Below, in pieces: positions 27,368 to 36,594 of a stretch of DNA of 64,000 bases. A program made the translations under genes and the position numbers. The stretch covers positions 521,525-585,524 of the forward strand of contig CP092821.1 of assembly GCA_022530585.1 (NCBI GenBank), read 5' to 3'. How positions within the stretch are numbered: position 1 is the stretch's first letter; every line of letters begins with the position of its first letter. Source of the DNA: Candidatus Nealsonbacteria bacterium DGGOD1a. Lineage in GTDB: Bacteria; Patescibacteriota; Minisyncoccia; Minisyncoccales; UBA5738. The notes under the pieces were generated by a model. It ran no database searches and had not been told where the DNA came from. It was given only the letters and a program-made list of their open reading frames with translations.

Positions 27368-27742
27368 ATGTACACGCTGGATACTAACGCGATAATTTAT
27401 TTTCTGAAAGGAGACAAAGAAGCAACCTCTGTCCTGGAAAAAATAATCAACGAAAATTGCGGACCCATTTATATTTCTTCCATAACCGAAGCCGAATTAT
27501 TCAGCTACGCCAATCTCACCGACCAAGACGAAAACGACCTTGAAGAAATGCTAACCACCTTGGCAACAATAACTGTTGATTCGCGTCTTGCAAGAATTGC
27601 CGCCTGGATTCGCCGTCAATATGGCCTTAAAATCGCCGATAGCATTATTGCCGCAACCGCAATTTTTACCGGAACAACCTTGGTTACCCGCAACATAAAA
27701 GACTTCGATAAAATCCCGAATTTGCGTCTCCTTAAAATATAA
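27368..27742 (+). CDS. vapC: PIN-domain ribonuclease toxin VapC
   Basis: MYTLDTNAIIYFL (first acidic residue), SSITEAEL, IADSIIAATA, TRNIKDF: the canonical PIN layout. Confidence 0.85.
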   Translation: MYTLDTNAIIYFLKGDKEATSVLEKIINENCGPIYISSITEAELFSYANLTDQDENDLEEMLTTLATITVDSRLARIAAWIRRQYGLKIADSIIAATAIFTGTTLVTRNIKDFDKIPNLRLLKI

Positions 27743-27840
27743 ACGCCGCTATCAAAATTAAATCAAAAATTTTCGCTTAAAAACGGTTTTTCCCATGTAA
27801 TTTCACCGCAAAACAGACTGAAGAAATATTAAAACAAAAT

Positions 27841-27903
27841 TTGATCGAATACAACCTTCAAATCATCAAAGAGGCGGACTGGGCCATCGAACTTGGCTCC
27901 GAT
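27841..27903 (+). pseudogene. Relic of a uvrA 3' end (LIEYNLQIIKEADWAIELGSD)
   Basis: The translated fragment matches uvrA residues [21 protein letters not shown] (encoded ~26614-26676) at 14 of 21 positions. Same strand, no upstream ORF. Confidence 0.6.
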
Positions 27904-27956
27904 TTTTGCAAAATTGCAAGATAAATGTTAAAAAATACCCAGTTTCGGAGGTCTCT

Positions 27957-28136
27957 ATGAAATATTTCGATAAGCAAGACCCGTTTAAAAAATATATAAT
28001 TAAACTCGTTGCTCCCAGTATTGCCGTATTAGTGTTGTTTGGGCCCAAAGACCCGTCGGCGGCATTCATTATTGCCATTGCCCTTTTAGGGTTGATGTGG
28101 ACTTTTTGGGCATTAACATTAAAAACAACATACTAA
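27957..28136 (+). CDS. Small membrane protein, hypothetical
   Basis: GGAGG lies 5 nt upstream of the ATG. Two hydrophobic helices. Confidence 0.4.
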   Translation: MKYFDKQDPFKKYIIKLVAPSIAVLVLFGPKDPSAAFIIAIALLGLMWTFWALTLKTTY

Positions 28137-28201
28137 CTATCGGCTTTTTTATTTGACAACTTGCGACAAATGAATATAATTTCCGCAAGGAGGTATTCGA
28201 A

Positions 28202-28561
28202 ATGAATTATAATGTTCTTATCCAATTTTGCTACACCATGGCATGCATCGCCTTTGGAATATTGTTAATCCCATATGATCGGCTATTGGGCATGGAACTC
28301 ATGGGATTAATTAATATTTTTGGCAATCTGGCAATATTTAATCCGGGATTTACCTATACCGAGGAAAGCAACGATATTAGCGAAGCGATTGCTGGTGGTG
28401 CGTATTGTTCCCTGATACCCGCAATACTATACGGGGCAGCGATATGGCGTTTTGGTTCATTTACATATGGATTGATCGCCAGTTTGATATTTATTGCCGG
28501 GACGATTATTGTTCATTACGGATGGAATAAAGTGCTCTACCGTCCGAAGGGCCGATTTTAG
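28202..28561 (+). CDS. Membrane protein, hypothetical (4 TM)
   Basis: Own TTGACA-16-TATAAT promoter (28153-28180) and AAGGAGG SD (28187-28193). Confidence 0.5.
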   Translation: MNYNVLIQFCYTMACIAFGILLIPYDRLLGMELMGLINIFGNLAIFNPGFTYTEESNDISEAIAGGAYCSLIPAILYGAAIWRFGSFTYGLIASLIFIAGTIIVHYGWNKVLYRPKGRF

Positions 28562-28607
28562 GCCTTTTTTATTTGATTTTTTGATAACGCAGGCGTAAAG
28601 TTAATTT

Positions 28608-29654
28608 ATGGACACAATAGTAATCTTATTATTCATTGCCGTGATCGGGGTGCTGGGGGTACAGACATGGGTTTTGATGCGGAAGCGGAAAGAGGACGAA
28701 CTTCCCAAGAATGATGCGGGGATGGCAATGTTGCAACAGCAGTTAAATCAAGTGAGTCAGACGCTGGACTCAAAGCTGACCGAATCCAACCGCGCGATGC
28801 AGGAACAGTTCGGGCAGAGCTTTAAAGTTATCCGCGATGTCACGCAAAAGCTCACCGAACTGGACAGCACCAACAAGCAGGTGGTGGGATTCGCGCAACA
28901 ATTGCAATCGCTGGAAAATATTCTCAAAAACCCCAAACAGCGGGGAATCCTGGGCGAATACTATTTGGAAACAGTGCTGAAAAATGTTTTGCCGCCGCAA
29001 TCGTTTCAAATGCAATATAAGTTCAAAAACGGCGAAATCGTGGACGCGGCGGTGTTCGTGAAAGATAAAATCATTCCCATTGATTCCAAATTTTCGCTGG
29101 AAAATTACAATAAGATCGTTAACGAAAAAGATGAAACCGCCAAAATCGCGCTGGAGAAGATTTTCAAGGCTGATTTGAAATTGCGCATTGATGAAACTTC
29201 AAAATACATCCGCCCCGACGAAGGCACGATGGAATTCGCGCTGATGTTTATCCCTTCGGAAGGCATCTATTATGATTTGCTCATCAATGAAGTGGGATCG
29301 GTCAAGGTTAACACCCGCGACTTGATTGAATACGCGTTTGCCCAAAAGCGGGTGATTATCGTCTCTCCCACCAATTTTTTGGCCTATCTGCAAACCGTTC
29401 TGCAAGGCCTGCGCGCCCTGCAAATCGAAGAATCCGCCAAAGAAATCCGCCAGCGCGTGGAAATGCTGGGCAAACATTTGTGCGCCTATAACGAGTATTT
29501 ACAGCGGCTGGGCGGCCATTTGGCAACTTCGGTGAACACCTACAACGCCGCCGCCAAAGAATTCGGCAAAATCGACAAAGATGTGCTAAAAATCACGGGC
29601 GCCGACCGCGACAAATTGGAAACCGGACAGATAGATAAACCGAATTTGGAATAA
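28608..29654 (+). CDS. rmuC: DNA recombination protein RmuC
   Basis: N-terminal TM, long coiled coil, RGILGEYYLETVL and C-terminal nuclease-like domain typical of RmuC. Confidence 0.85.
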   Translation: MDTIVILLFIAVIGVLGVQTWVLMRKRKEDELPKNDAGMAMLQQQLNQVSQTLDSKLTESNRAMQEQFGQSFKVIRDVTQKLTELDSTNKQVVGFAQQLQSLENILKNPKQRGILGEYYLETVLKNVLPPQSFQMQYKFKNGEIVDAAVFVKDKIIPIDSKFSLENYNKIVNEKDETAKIALEKIFKADLKLRIDETSKYIRPDEGTMEFALMFIPSEGIYYDLLINEVGSVKVNTRDLIEYAFAQKRVIIVSPTNFLAYLQTVLQGLRALQIEESAKEIRQRVEMLGKHLCAYNEYLQRLGGHLATSVNTYNAAAKEFGKIDKDVLKITGADRDKLETGQIDKPNLE

Positions 29655-29763
29655 AAAAATACGGGCGATTACACGGAATCGCCCCTACAAAATTCGCGTT
29701 TGCATTTGTAGGGGCGAAACTATGTTTTCGCCCGCATTGAATTTTATTTTATTGAGTGCAATA

Positions 29764-29851
29764 CCTCGGGGCTTTGCCCCGGGGTGCACCAAGAGGATTC
29801 CAAAGGGGTGCCCCCTTTGGTCGTCGTGCGGGGTTCATACCCCGCTCGACG
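29764..29851 (-). repeat. Structured intergenic repeat family, copy 4 (short form)
   Basis: The reverse complement gives gcggggtatgaaccccgc, ccaaagggggcaccccTTTGGAATCCTC and ccccggggcaaagccccg, collinear with 57820-57933 and with compensatory stem changes. Confidence 0.6.
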
Positions 29852-29950
29852 AAATACATTTGGAAAATATATTTTTGATTTGCCGTTGACTTTTGAAGAA
29901 ATACATTATAAAGTAATAAAGTTAATCCAATTTAAATAAATAATAAACTC

Positions 29951-30265
29951 ATGTTAGCAGTAATCAAGACCGGAGGGAAGCAATATATCGTGTCTCCCGG
30001 GCAAAAGTTGAAAGTGGAAAAACTGGAAGGGGAGGCGGGCGCTTCAATCAAATTCGAGGAGGTTTTGCTCGTGGAAACCGACGACAAAAAGGTGGAAATC
30101 GGCCAGCCGACCGTAAAAGGCGCGGCCGTGGCCGCCAATATCGTGGCGCAAACCAAGGGCCCCAAAGTGATCGCCTACAAATACAAGGCCAAGAAGCGTT
30201 ATCATTTAAAGAAAGGCCACAGACAGCAGCTAACCGAAGTGGAAATTACCGGAATCAATCTTTAA
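29951..30265 (+). CDS. rplU: 50S ribosomal protein L21
   Basis: MLAVIKTGGKQYIVSPGQKLKVEKL.. 104 aa, canonical L21. Confidence 0.95.
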   Translation: MLAVIKTGGKQYIVSPGQKLKVEKLEGEAGASIKFEEVLLVETDDKKVEIGQPTVKGAAVAANIVAQTKGPKVIAYKYKAKKRYHLKKGHRQQLTEVEITGINL

Positions 30266-30302
30266 CCTTTAATCGTTAATCTTTGATAAAATATGAAAAA
30301 AC

Positions 30303-30331
30303 CGCCCTAATGAAAATCGGGCGATTTTTTT
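30303..30331 (+). terminator. rplU intrinsic terminator
   Basis: cgccc-loop-gggcg stem followed by a T7 run. Confidence 0.55.
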
Positions 30332-30355
30332 GAATTCGCGTTGATTATAATAATT

Positions 30356-30574
30356 TTAAAAATTCTTCAATTGAAATTCCGGCATCGTTTCAATAATTGA
30401 TTTTAAAAGTGGTTTTTTGATTTCTTTTCCGGCGTGAATCGGCACAACGGTTCTTTTGTTTGTTTTTTGATTATACAAAACCAAATGCGAACCCTTTTGC
30501 CGAACCTCTTCAAAGCCGAGTTTCTTTAAAGCTTTGATAACTTGTTTTAAATTTAAAGAGGGCAGATTTTTCAT
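30356..30574 (-). CDS. hicA: HicA mRNA-interferase toxin
   Basis: 72 aa. LKQVIKALKKLGFEEVRQKGSHLVL..VPIH is the HicA signature. Confidence 0.85.
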   Translation of the reverse strand: MKNLPSLNLKQVIKALKKLGFEEVRQKGSHLVLYNQKTNKRTVVPIHAGKEIKKPLLKSIIETMPEFQLKNF

Positions 30575-30585
30575 TGAAAAGCAAT

Positions 30586-30828
30586 TTAAACCTCAACCTC
30601 GACCATACCTTGAAAAAGTTTCACCTCTTGAGGCAAGCACTCATTACGGGAACCCAAGGTTTCCAAATAAAGCGCGATTGCTTCCTTAATATTGATTTCG
30701 GCTTCCTCCAAAGTGTCGCCTTGCGTGTGGCAACCCGGCAACGCCGGCGCCCACGCCACATAGCCGCCTTCCGGCACTGATTGATAAATAACCGAAAAAG
30801 ACAAATTTTTCTTTTTTTGATTTTCCAT
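30586..30828 (-). CDS. hicB: HicB family antitoxin
   Basis: PEGGYVAWAPALPGCHTQGDTLEEAEINIKEAIALYLE (UPF0150/HicB N-domain). Confidence 0.8.
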   Translation of the reverse strand: MENQKKKNLSFSVIYQSVPEGGYVAWAPALPGCHTQGDTLEEAEINIKEAIALYLETLGSRNECLPQEVKLFQGMVEVEV

Positions 30829-30940
30829 GGAAATTGATTTAACTCAACGCTTTCATTATACAAGTCCGCACCCACCTCGTCAATTTGACAAATTTTACAA
30901 TTTATGCTATAATCCAACCAGCATTCCAGTTGTAAATTGT

Positions 30941-32015
30941 CTAGTGAAATGCAACTTTTTGATTAAATTTCTCCGAATGTTTTTCTCCCCGCTAACGCGG
31001 GATTTTTTGTATAATACCACGCTTTAGCGAAACTTCATAAGCGGAGCGGTATCCCAATGATTTTCGGTATTTGCCGTTAAGAATATGCAAGCAATTTTGG
31101 AATTGCTCTTCGGAGACATTTTTCAAATCGGTTCCCTTTGGAATGAACCACCGGCGGGCAAGTCCGATGCCGTTTTCCGCATGGGGTTTTTGCCACGGGC
31201 TGTGAGGGTCGCAAAAATATGTCGGCAATCCGAACTGCTCATGTTCTTTGTTTTCGATGCCGTTGTCGAAGGTTAAATCGCTAATATTTAAATCCATGGT
31301 CATGCTTTTAACCGCCGCGACCATCGTGGCCGGTTTTTTGTTTTCAATCATTGTGCCGACCAATAGCTTTGAAGCCGGAACGCAGATGATCGCGCCGCTG
31401 TTTTGACTGCCGGTTTTGGTTGGCGAAACAAACAGATCGCCTTCGGCGTGGATGCCGCGCTTGGACCGTTTGCTAATGGAAACCCTATTGGGGATCATCT
31501 CTCTTTTGGCTTTCCTTTTCTGCTTGCGCGAATGATAGCGCTTGGCGCAAAGCAAATGACAGTATGCCTGGCCCCAGGCGCTGTAAAGCCATTTATAAAT
31601 GGCATTGGCGCCAATTCTCGGATTCTGCTTTTCGCGCTTCATTCGTCCGGCGATTTCATCCGGGGAACGATGGTTTTCCAACCCGGCGATAATTTGTTCT
31701 CGCAGAGCGGGATATTTTTCAACCTTCATTCCTTGATGCTTGCTGTACGATCTTTTCACTCGCGCTTTTTGCTGGGCGGTTTTGGCGGAATAGACGCCGT
31801 TCTTTCGTTTTCTTTTGTTGATTTCCCGGCTGATGGCGCTGGCGTCAAAGTCCAACACCTTGGCGATTTCTTCTTGTTTGTGGCTGGCGTTCTTTAACGC
31901 TTCAATGCGGTCTCGATCAAATTGGTTAAGGTGGCGGAAGCGCCGCCTTTTTTTGCGTAATTTTTTGGTTTCTTTTTTCATACAACCTCATTTTACCGAA
32001 GTTGCATTTCAAAAG
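30941..32015 (-). mobile_element. IS30-family insertion sequence (~1.07 kb)
   Basis: Imperfect terminal inverted repeats (core gaaatgcaactt 30946-30957 / aagttgcatttc 31999-32010) enclosing the transposase. Confidence 0.7.
30992..31981 (-). CDS. IS30 family DDE transposase
   Basis: 329 aa. N-terminal HTH (RDRIEALKNASHKQEEIAKVL), TFDNGIENKEHEQF and WQKPHAENGIGLARRW motifs. Confidence 0.85.
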   Translation of the reverse strand: MKKETKKLRKKRRRFRHLNQFDRDRIEALKNASHKQEEIAKVLDFDASAISREINKRKRKNGVYSAKTAQQKARVKRSYSKHQGMKVEKYPALREQIIAGLENHRSPDEIAGRMKREKQNPRIGANAIYKWLYSAWGQAYCHLLCAKRYHSRKQKRKAKREMIPNRVSISKRSKRGIHAEGDLFVSPTKTGSQNSGAIICVPASKLLVGTMIENKKPATMVAAVKSMTMDLNISDLTFDNGIENKEHEQFGLPTYFCDPHSPWQKPHAENGIGLARRWFIPKGTDLKNVSEEQFQNCLHILNGKYRKSLGYRSAYEVSLKRGIIQKIPR

Positions 32016-32055
32016 AGAATTTTCGAGTCAAAACTTAATAAAGGAGGTGGTTTAA

Positions 32056-32781
32056 TTGGATGAAATAGGCGAGTTAAGGCCGATTTTATTTATTCCCGGA
32101 TTTTTGCGCGACGAAGAAACGGTTGCGCGGGTATCGCAAATTCTTGAACAAGTCCAACCGGTTTTCAATGAAGCCGGTTGGAAAATCGTGGTTTCTAATT
32201 ATTATCAAGGGGAACCAATGGATAATTCTTTGGAAATCTATGCGAGAAGCGTTTATGCTGATATTTTTTACGGAAAATATCGCACCATAATCGCTCATTC
32301 AATGGGCGGATTGCTGATTCCGGAAAAATTGCCACGGCAAATGCTCCCGCCGGTAATTATTGAATCGCCACTAAACGGAGTTACCATGCGGCAATTCAAA
32401 ATTATCAATCTGCTGGCAAGATTAAAAGGATTGGGAAAATCGCGCTTTCCGCTGGACAATATCAGCGTTCAAGGAATGTTGAGAAACGGTGATTTCATGG
32501 AAAATCGCAGAACCAAAAATTTTCCATGGATGATGCCAATGCTCCAAATAAACGGTTCACTGGGAACGAATTTTCTTGCCCGTTGGGACGGCGACACATT
32601 TGGAAAACATACCGATTGTATTGGGGTATATAAAGAATTTCCAAAAATTGATCATATCGCTCTCTTAACCGATCCCGATGTGATAAAAGCGGTTATAGCC
32701 CATTTAAATCGATGGGATGATAAATATGACGCTTTATCGCAACGGAGGATATATCGGAGGCCCCTCGAGGACGAACCTTGA
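32056..32781 (+). CDS. Alpha/beta hydrolase (lipase/esterase-like, AHSMGG nucleophile elbow)
   Basis: TTG start with AAGGAGG SD. LFIPGF and IIAHSMGGLL motifs. Confidence 0.6.
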   Translation: MDEIGELRPILFIPGFLRDEETVARVSQILEQVQPVFNEAGWKIVVSNYYQGEPMDNSLEIYARSVYADIFYGKYRTIIAHSMGGLLIPEKLPRQMLPPVIIESPLNGVTMRQFKIINLLARLKGLGKSRFPLDNISVQGMLRNGDFMENRRTKNFPWMMPMLQINGSLGTNFLARWDGDTFGKHTDCIGVYKEFPKIDHIALLTDPDVIKAVIAHLNRWDDKYDALSQRRIYRRPLEDEP

Positions 32782-32902
32782 GGCCTTTTTTTATACACGC
32801 GCAAGACGAATTTGCATAGATTTGCATAGGTGCCACCTATGCAATTTTTGTGTTTTCGACGGGTTTTTGGTATGTTGAAGGTATAAACATAAGCAATGGA
32901 AT

Positions 32903-33310
32903 ATGGACGATATTGAGAATAATTTGCAAAAATATAAGGATTTGATGGAGGGTTTGGCGCGCAAGATGCCCCAGATCGTTTTGGCGTATATTTTTGGCTC
33001 CACAGCAACCAATAGGCGCGGGCCGATGAGCGATTACGATTTCGCGGTCTATTTGAATGAACCGGACAAAAAAAAGAGATATGACATTAAATTCCAATTG
33101 ATGGGCGAGCTGTCGAACGCGCTAAAAACCAACAAAGTTGATGTGGCGGTGATAAACGATACAGACAATATAAATCTAAAATACGCGATCATCAGCGAAA
33201 GCAAAGTTATTTTTGAAAAAGAGCCACATAAGATTATTGTGGAATCAAGAATTTTAAATGAATATTTTGATTTCAGAATTTTTATTGACACATATCAAAA
33301 AACAAAATGA
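32903..33310 (+). CDS. mntA: Nucleotidyltransferase antitoxin MntA (type VII TA)
   Basis: IFGSTATNRRGPMSDYDFAVYL (GS..DxD minimal nucleotidyltransferase motif). Overlaps the downstream DUF86 gene by 4 nt. Confidence 0.8.
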   Translation: MDDIENNLQKYKDLMEGLARKMPQIVLAYIFGSTATNRRGPMSDYDFAVYLNEPDKKKRYDIKFQLMGELSNALKTNKVDVAVINDTDNINLKYAIISESKVIFEKEPHKIIVESRILNEYFDFRIFIDTYQKTK

Positions 33311-33726
33311 CAACAATCAATGTTATTGAATCAAAACTAAAAGCCATTGATGAATATTACTCGCAATTGCTTGAATATCGGAAACATTCGCAAAAAGATT
33401 TGGAAGGCGACGCCACGCTCAAAGGCGCTTTGGAGCGGTATCTATATTTGCTTTGCCAATCCGCAATTGATTTGGGCGAAGCGGTAATCGCTCTCAAAGA
33501 TTTTTACCGGCCCGGATCATACGCAGAAATTTTTGAAACCCTGAAAGAAAAAGAGGTTATCTCATTGGAATTGGCGCAAAAAATGATTAGAATGACCGGC
33601 TTTCGTAATTCAATAATTCACGATTACCAAAAATTTGATTTTGCCATTGCCTATGAAGTTTTAATGTCAGGCATTGATGATATTAAGAAATTTGAATCAA
33701 TTATCAAAAAGTACTTGAATTTGTAA
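33307..33726 (+). CDS. hepT: HepT (DUF86) RNase toxin
   Basis: RNSIIHDY matches the Rx4HxY active-site motif. Confidence 0.8.
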   Translation: MTTINVIESKLKAIDEYYSQLLEYRKHSQKDLEGDATLKGALERYLYLLCQSAIDLGEAVIALKDFYRPGSYAEIFETLKEKEVISLELAQKMIRMTGFRNSIIHDYQKFDFAIAYEVLMSGIDDIKKFESIIKKYLNL

Positions 33727-34096
33727 TTCCGATGCATCTCCCCTCGAGGATTAAAACTCTCGGGGTTCTTTTTTTATATACAAACGAGAGACTTGCACAC
33801 ACCAGGTCGGTGCAAGTTTTAAAGGGAGGAGATTTGGACGGCGTTGCTTCGGATAATATGCGATTTTAGTATACTATCCAAAATAAAATTCAGGCGATTG
33901 CCGACAAAATCGCTGCCGAAAATCAAAATGTGAGCTAATGATCATTCGCCCCTACGCGATATAACCCAAAACCCGCCGCGCAAATCCCACACGTCTTATT
34001 TTCCCGCCTGCGTTTAGAAAAACAAAAAACCGTCCCCTCAATTTGCTCGGGATGGTTTTGTGTTTTTGTTTGAAAATTGATAATTGAAAATTAAAA

Positions 34097-34139
34097 CGAC
34101 GATAAAAAGGTGGAAATCGGCCAGCCTACCGTTAAAGGC
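34097..34139 (+). pseudogene. 43-nt fragment of rplU (encodes DDKKVEIGQPTVKG)
   Basis: Matches 30079-30121 with 3 mismatches. Direct orientation, no ORF context. Confidence 0.7.
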
Positions 34140-34169
34140 ATTGAACTTTAACAAAATGATTGCAAAAGA

Positions 34170-34526
34170 TTACGATTTTCGTTTTAAAATTTCCACTTCG
34201 GCGCGCAAATCCATTAAATCAATGTTGCGCGCGGTGTTTGCCAGTTTAGCTTCGATGCGCTCTTGGCCATCTTTGAGATCGGCGACATCATGCTCAATAC
34301 ATTCGATTCTCTCAATCTGTTCCAAAAACCCCTGTTGCATTTTTAATAACAATAAATCAGTTCTATCGTCAATCTTTTTGTCCAGAATACCAAACTTGGT
34401 GTCAATCTTTTTGTCCAGAATACCAAACTTGGTGTCAATCTTTTTGTCCAAAGTCGCAAACCCAACTGCCATTGCTTGCGCCAGCGATTCCAAAGTTACC
34501 GGTTGTTTTTTTAATGATTTTGCCAT
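34170..34526 (-). CDS. Hypothetical coiled-coil protein with 11-aa tandem repeat (LDKKIDTKFGI x2.5)
   Basis: 33-bp tandem repeat at 34368-34450 within the ORF. Terminator hairpin downstream at ~34022-34056. Confidence 0.5.
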   Translation of the reverse strand: MAKSLKKQPVTLESLAQAMAVGFATLDKKIDTKFGILDKKIDTKFGILDKKIDDRTDLLLLKMQQGFLEQIERIECIEHDVADLKDGQERIEAKLANTARNIDLMDLRAEVEILKRKS

Positions 34527-34607
34527 TGTTGCGAATTTATACTTCCATTATATAAAACTCGCCATCGCCCTGTCAATTTGTTGTTCATTCTCCTGATAAG
34601 AAATTTT

Positions 34608-35213
34608 TTAAGCGATTTGTTTCCTGCCTTCCAGCGCCGAACTTAAGGTTTCCTCGTCGGCGTATTCCAGTTCGCCGCCCATTGGCAAGCCCACGCCTAA
34701 TTTGGTGATTCTTTTGCCTAAAGGTTTTAGGATCTTTTCAAGATAGAGGATCGTAGCGTAGCCTTCGGAAGTCGGGTTTATGGCTAGAATAATTTCCTTG
34801 ATCGATTGGCTGGTTTTGACGCGGTTTTCCAGTTCGGCGATGCGCAATCCGGACAGGCTTTCTTTGTGTAAGGTCGAAACCGTACCGCCCAAAACAAAAT
34901 ATAAACCTTTATAGATTTTTGTTTTTTCTATAGTTGCCAGATCGGTTTCGCCAGCCACCACGCAAAGCTGGGTTTTATCGCGTTTGACATTCGCGCAAAC
35001 CGGACACAGCGTCTTTTCCGATTCATAGATATTGAAGCACATCGGGCAGGTTTTGATGTTCACCTTCATATCCGTAATGGCTTGGATAAGTTCTTTCACC
35101 TTGGCATTATCCAGCCGCATCAAATAAAAAACAAACCGCGCCGCCGTTCGCGGCCCAACAGTGGGAAATTTACTAAACCTATCGATTAGTTTTTGAATGG
35201 AAGGGGAATACAT
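34608..35213 (-). CDS. recR: Recombination protein RecR
   Basis: HhH N-terminus, C4 zinc finger CPMCFN..CPVC, Toprim domain. Confidence 0.95.
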   Translation of the reverse strand: MYSPSIQKLIDRFSKFPTVGPRTAARFVFYLMRLDNAKVKELIQAITDMKVNIKTCPMCFNIYESEKTLCPVCANVKRDKTQLCVVAGETDLATIEKTKIYKGLYFVLGGTVSTLHKESLSGLRIAELENRVKTSQSIKEIILAINPTSEGYATILYLEKILKPLGKRITKLGVGLPMGGELEYADEETLSSALEGRKQIA

Positions 35214-35224
35214 TGCAAAATAAA

Positions 35225-36571
35225 TTATTGGTCTTGATATTCATACCCCTCGGTATGATTTTTGAAGCAGACGGTGCGGTCGTCAAAATGCAATAATTGT
35301 TTGCCCACCGGGCCGTTGCGGTGCTTGGCGATAATGATTTCGGCAACGCCTTTTTGTTCGCTGTTTTCGCGGTAGCGGTCTTCGCGGTAAATAAACATCA
35401 CCACATCGGCATCCTGCTCGATGGCACCGGATTCGCGCAAATCGGACAGCTTGGGAATGGGCGGGATACGCTGTTCCACGGCACGGGACAACTGGGATAG
35501 GACAAGCACAGGAATATTAAGCTCGCGCGCCAAGCCTTTCAAGGCGCGGGAATTTTCCGAAACTTGCTGGACCGGACTGGCCATCCGGTTGAGCGGTTCC
35601 ATTAACTGCAAGTAATCAATTACCAAAAGACCAAGTCCGTTTTCAGCTTGCAAACGCCGCGACAGCGCTTTCATTTGCAGAACGGAAGGGGAGCCAACAT
35701 CATCGATATACAACGGCATCTCGGATAAAATCGACAAGGCTCTTTGTATATTCTCAAAATCTTCGGTTTGTAATTTTCCGGTACGGATTTTCCAAAGATC
35801 AACGCCCGAATAAGCCGAAATCAAGCGATCAACCATCTGGTCTTTTGACATTTCCAAGGAAAACACGCCCACGGGAATTTTTTCGTTGTAAGCGATATTG
35901 GCCGCGATATTCAACGCCAAAGTTGATTTGCCCAGAGATGGCCGGGCGGCCAGAATTACCAAATCGGATCTTTGAAGCCCGGAAAGCATTTTGTCGAGAT
36001 CGGCAAACCCCGTGGGTACGCCGCGCGTACCGGTGCCTTGCGACAACATTTCAATGCGGTCAAACGCCGCGCCCAAAGTGTCTTTTACGATAGTGAAATT
36101 CTGGCTCACGCCTTTCTGGGCGATATTGAAAATTTTCTTTTCCGCGTCATCAAGAACCGCCTCCAGATCGTCGCTTTCGTTATAACCCAGCATTTCAATT
36201 TCCTGCGATACCGAAATCAAATCGCGCAACACCCGCTTGTGCCGCACGATACGCGCATAGGACGCCACATGGCCGGAGCTTGGCACCAGATTGACCAATT
36301 CGGTTAAATACGCATTGCCGCCCACCGCCTCCAATTCGTTTTTGTCCTTCAACCGGTTTGAAACCGAAAGAAAATCAATCGGATCGCCTTTTTCAAACAA
36401 CTCGCGGCAAACCGCGTAAATTTCTTTGTGGCTGTGCTTGTAAAAATCATCCGGCGACAAAACATCGGCCACCTTCATCATGGCCGATCTATCCAGCATC
36501 AAACAACCCAAAACCGACTGCTCAATCTCCAAACTCTGCGGCGGTATTTTCGTGGGCGCAACATTTACCAT
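35225..36571 (-). CDS. dnaB: Replicative DNA helicase DnaB
   Basis: PPQSLEIEQSVLG N-domain, ARPSLGKST Walker A, SLEMS, IIAKHRNGP. Confidence 0.95.
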   Translation of the reverse strand: MVNVAPTKIPPQSLEIEQSVLGCLMLDRSAMMKVADVLSPDDFYKHSHKEIYAVCRELFEKGDPIDFLSVSNRLKDKNELEAVGGNAYLTELVNLVPSSGHVASYARIVRHKRVLRDLISVSQEIEMLGYNESDDLEAVLDDAEKKIFNIAQKGVSQNFTIVKDTLGAAFDRIEMLSQGTGTRGVPTGFADLDKMLSGLQRSDLVILAARPSLGKSTLALNIAANIAYNEKIPVGVFSLEMSKDQMVDRLISAYSGVDLWKIRTGKLQTEDFENIQRALSILSEMPLYIDDVGSPSVLQMKALSRRLQAENGLGLLVIDYLQLMEPLNRMASPVQQVSENSRALKGLARELNIPVLVLSQLSRAVEQRIPPIPKLSDLRESGAIEQDADVVMFIYREDRYRENSEQKGVAEIIIAKHRNGPVGKQLLHFDDRTVCFKNHTEGYEYQDQ

Positions 36572-36594
36572 AATTTTTGTCCTGTTGGGGTTCT

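Noticed and set aside
34368-34450. 33-bp tandem direct repeat considered as a possible mini-CRISPR.
   Set aside because: The units are contiguous (no spacers), number only 2.5, lie in frame within a CDS, and there are no cas genes.
34084-34596. 170-aa plus-strand ORF overlapping 34170-34526(-).
   Set aside because: It starts inside the rplU relic and has a low-complexity Ser/Ile/Phe-rich product. The minus-strand frame gives a plausible coiled-coil protein with its own terminator.
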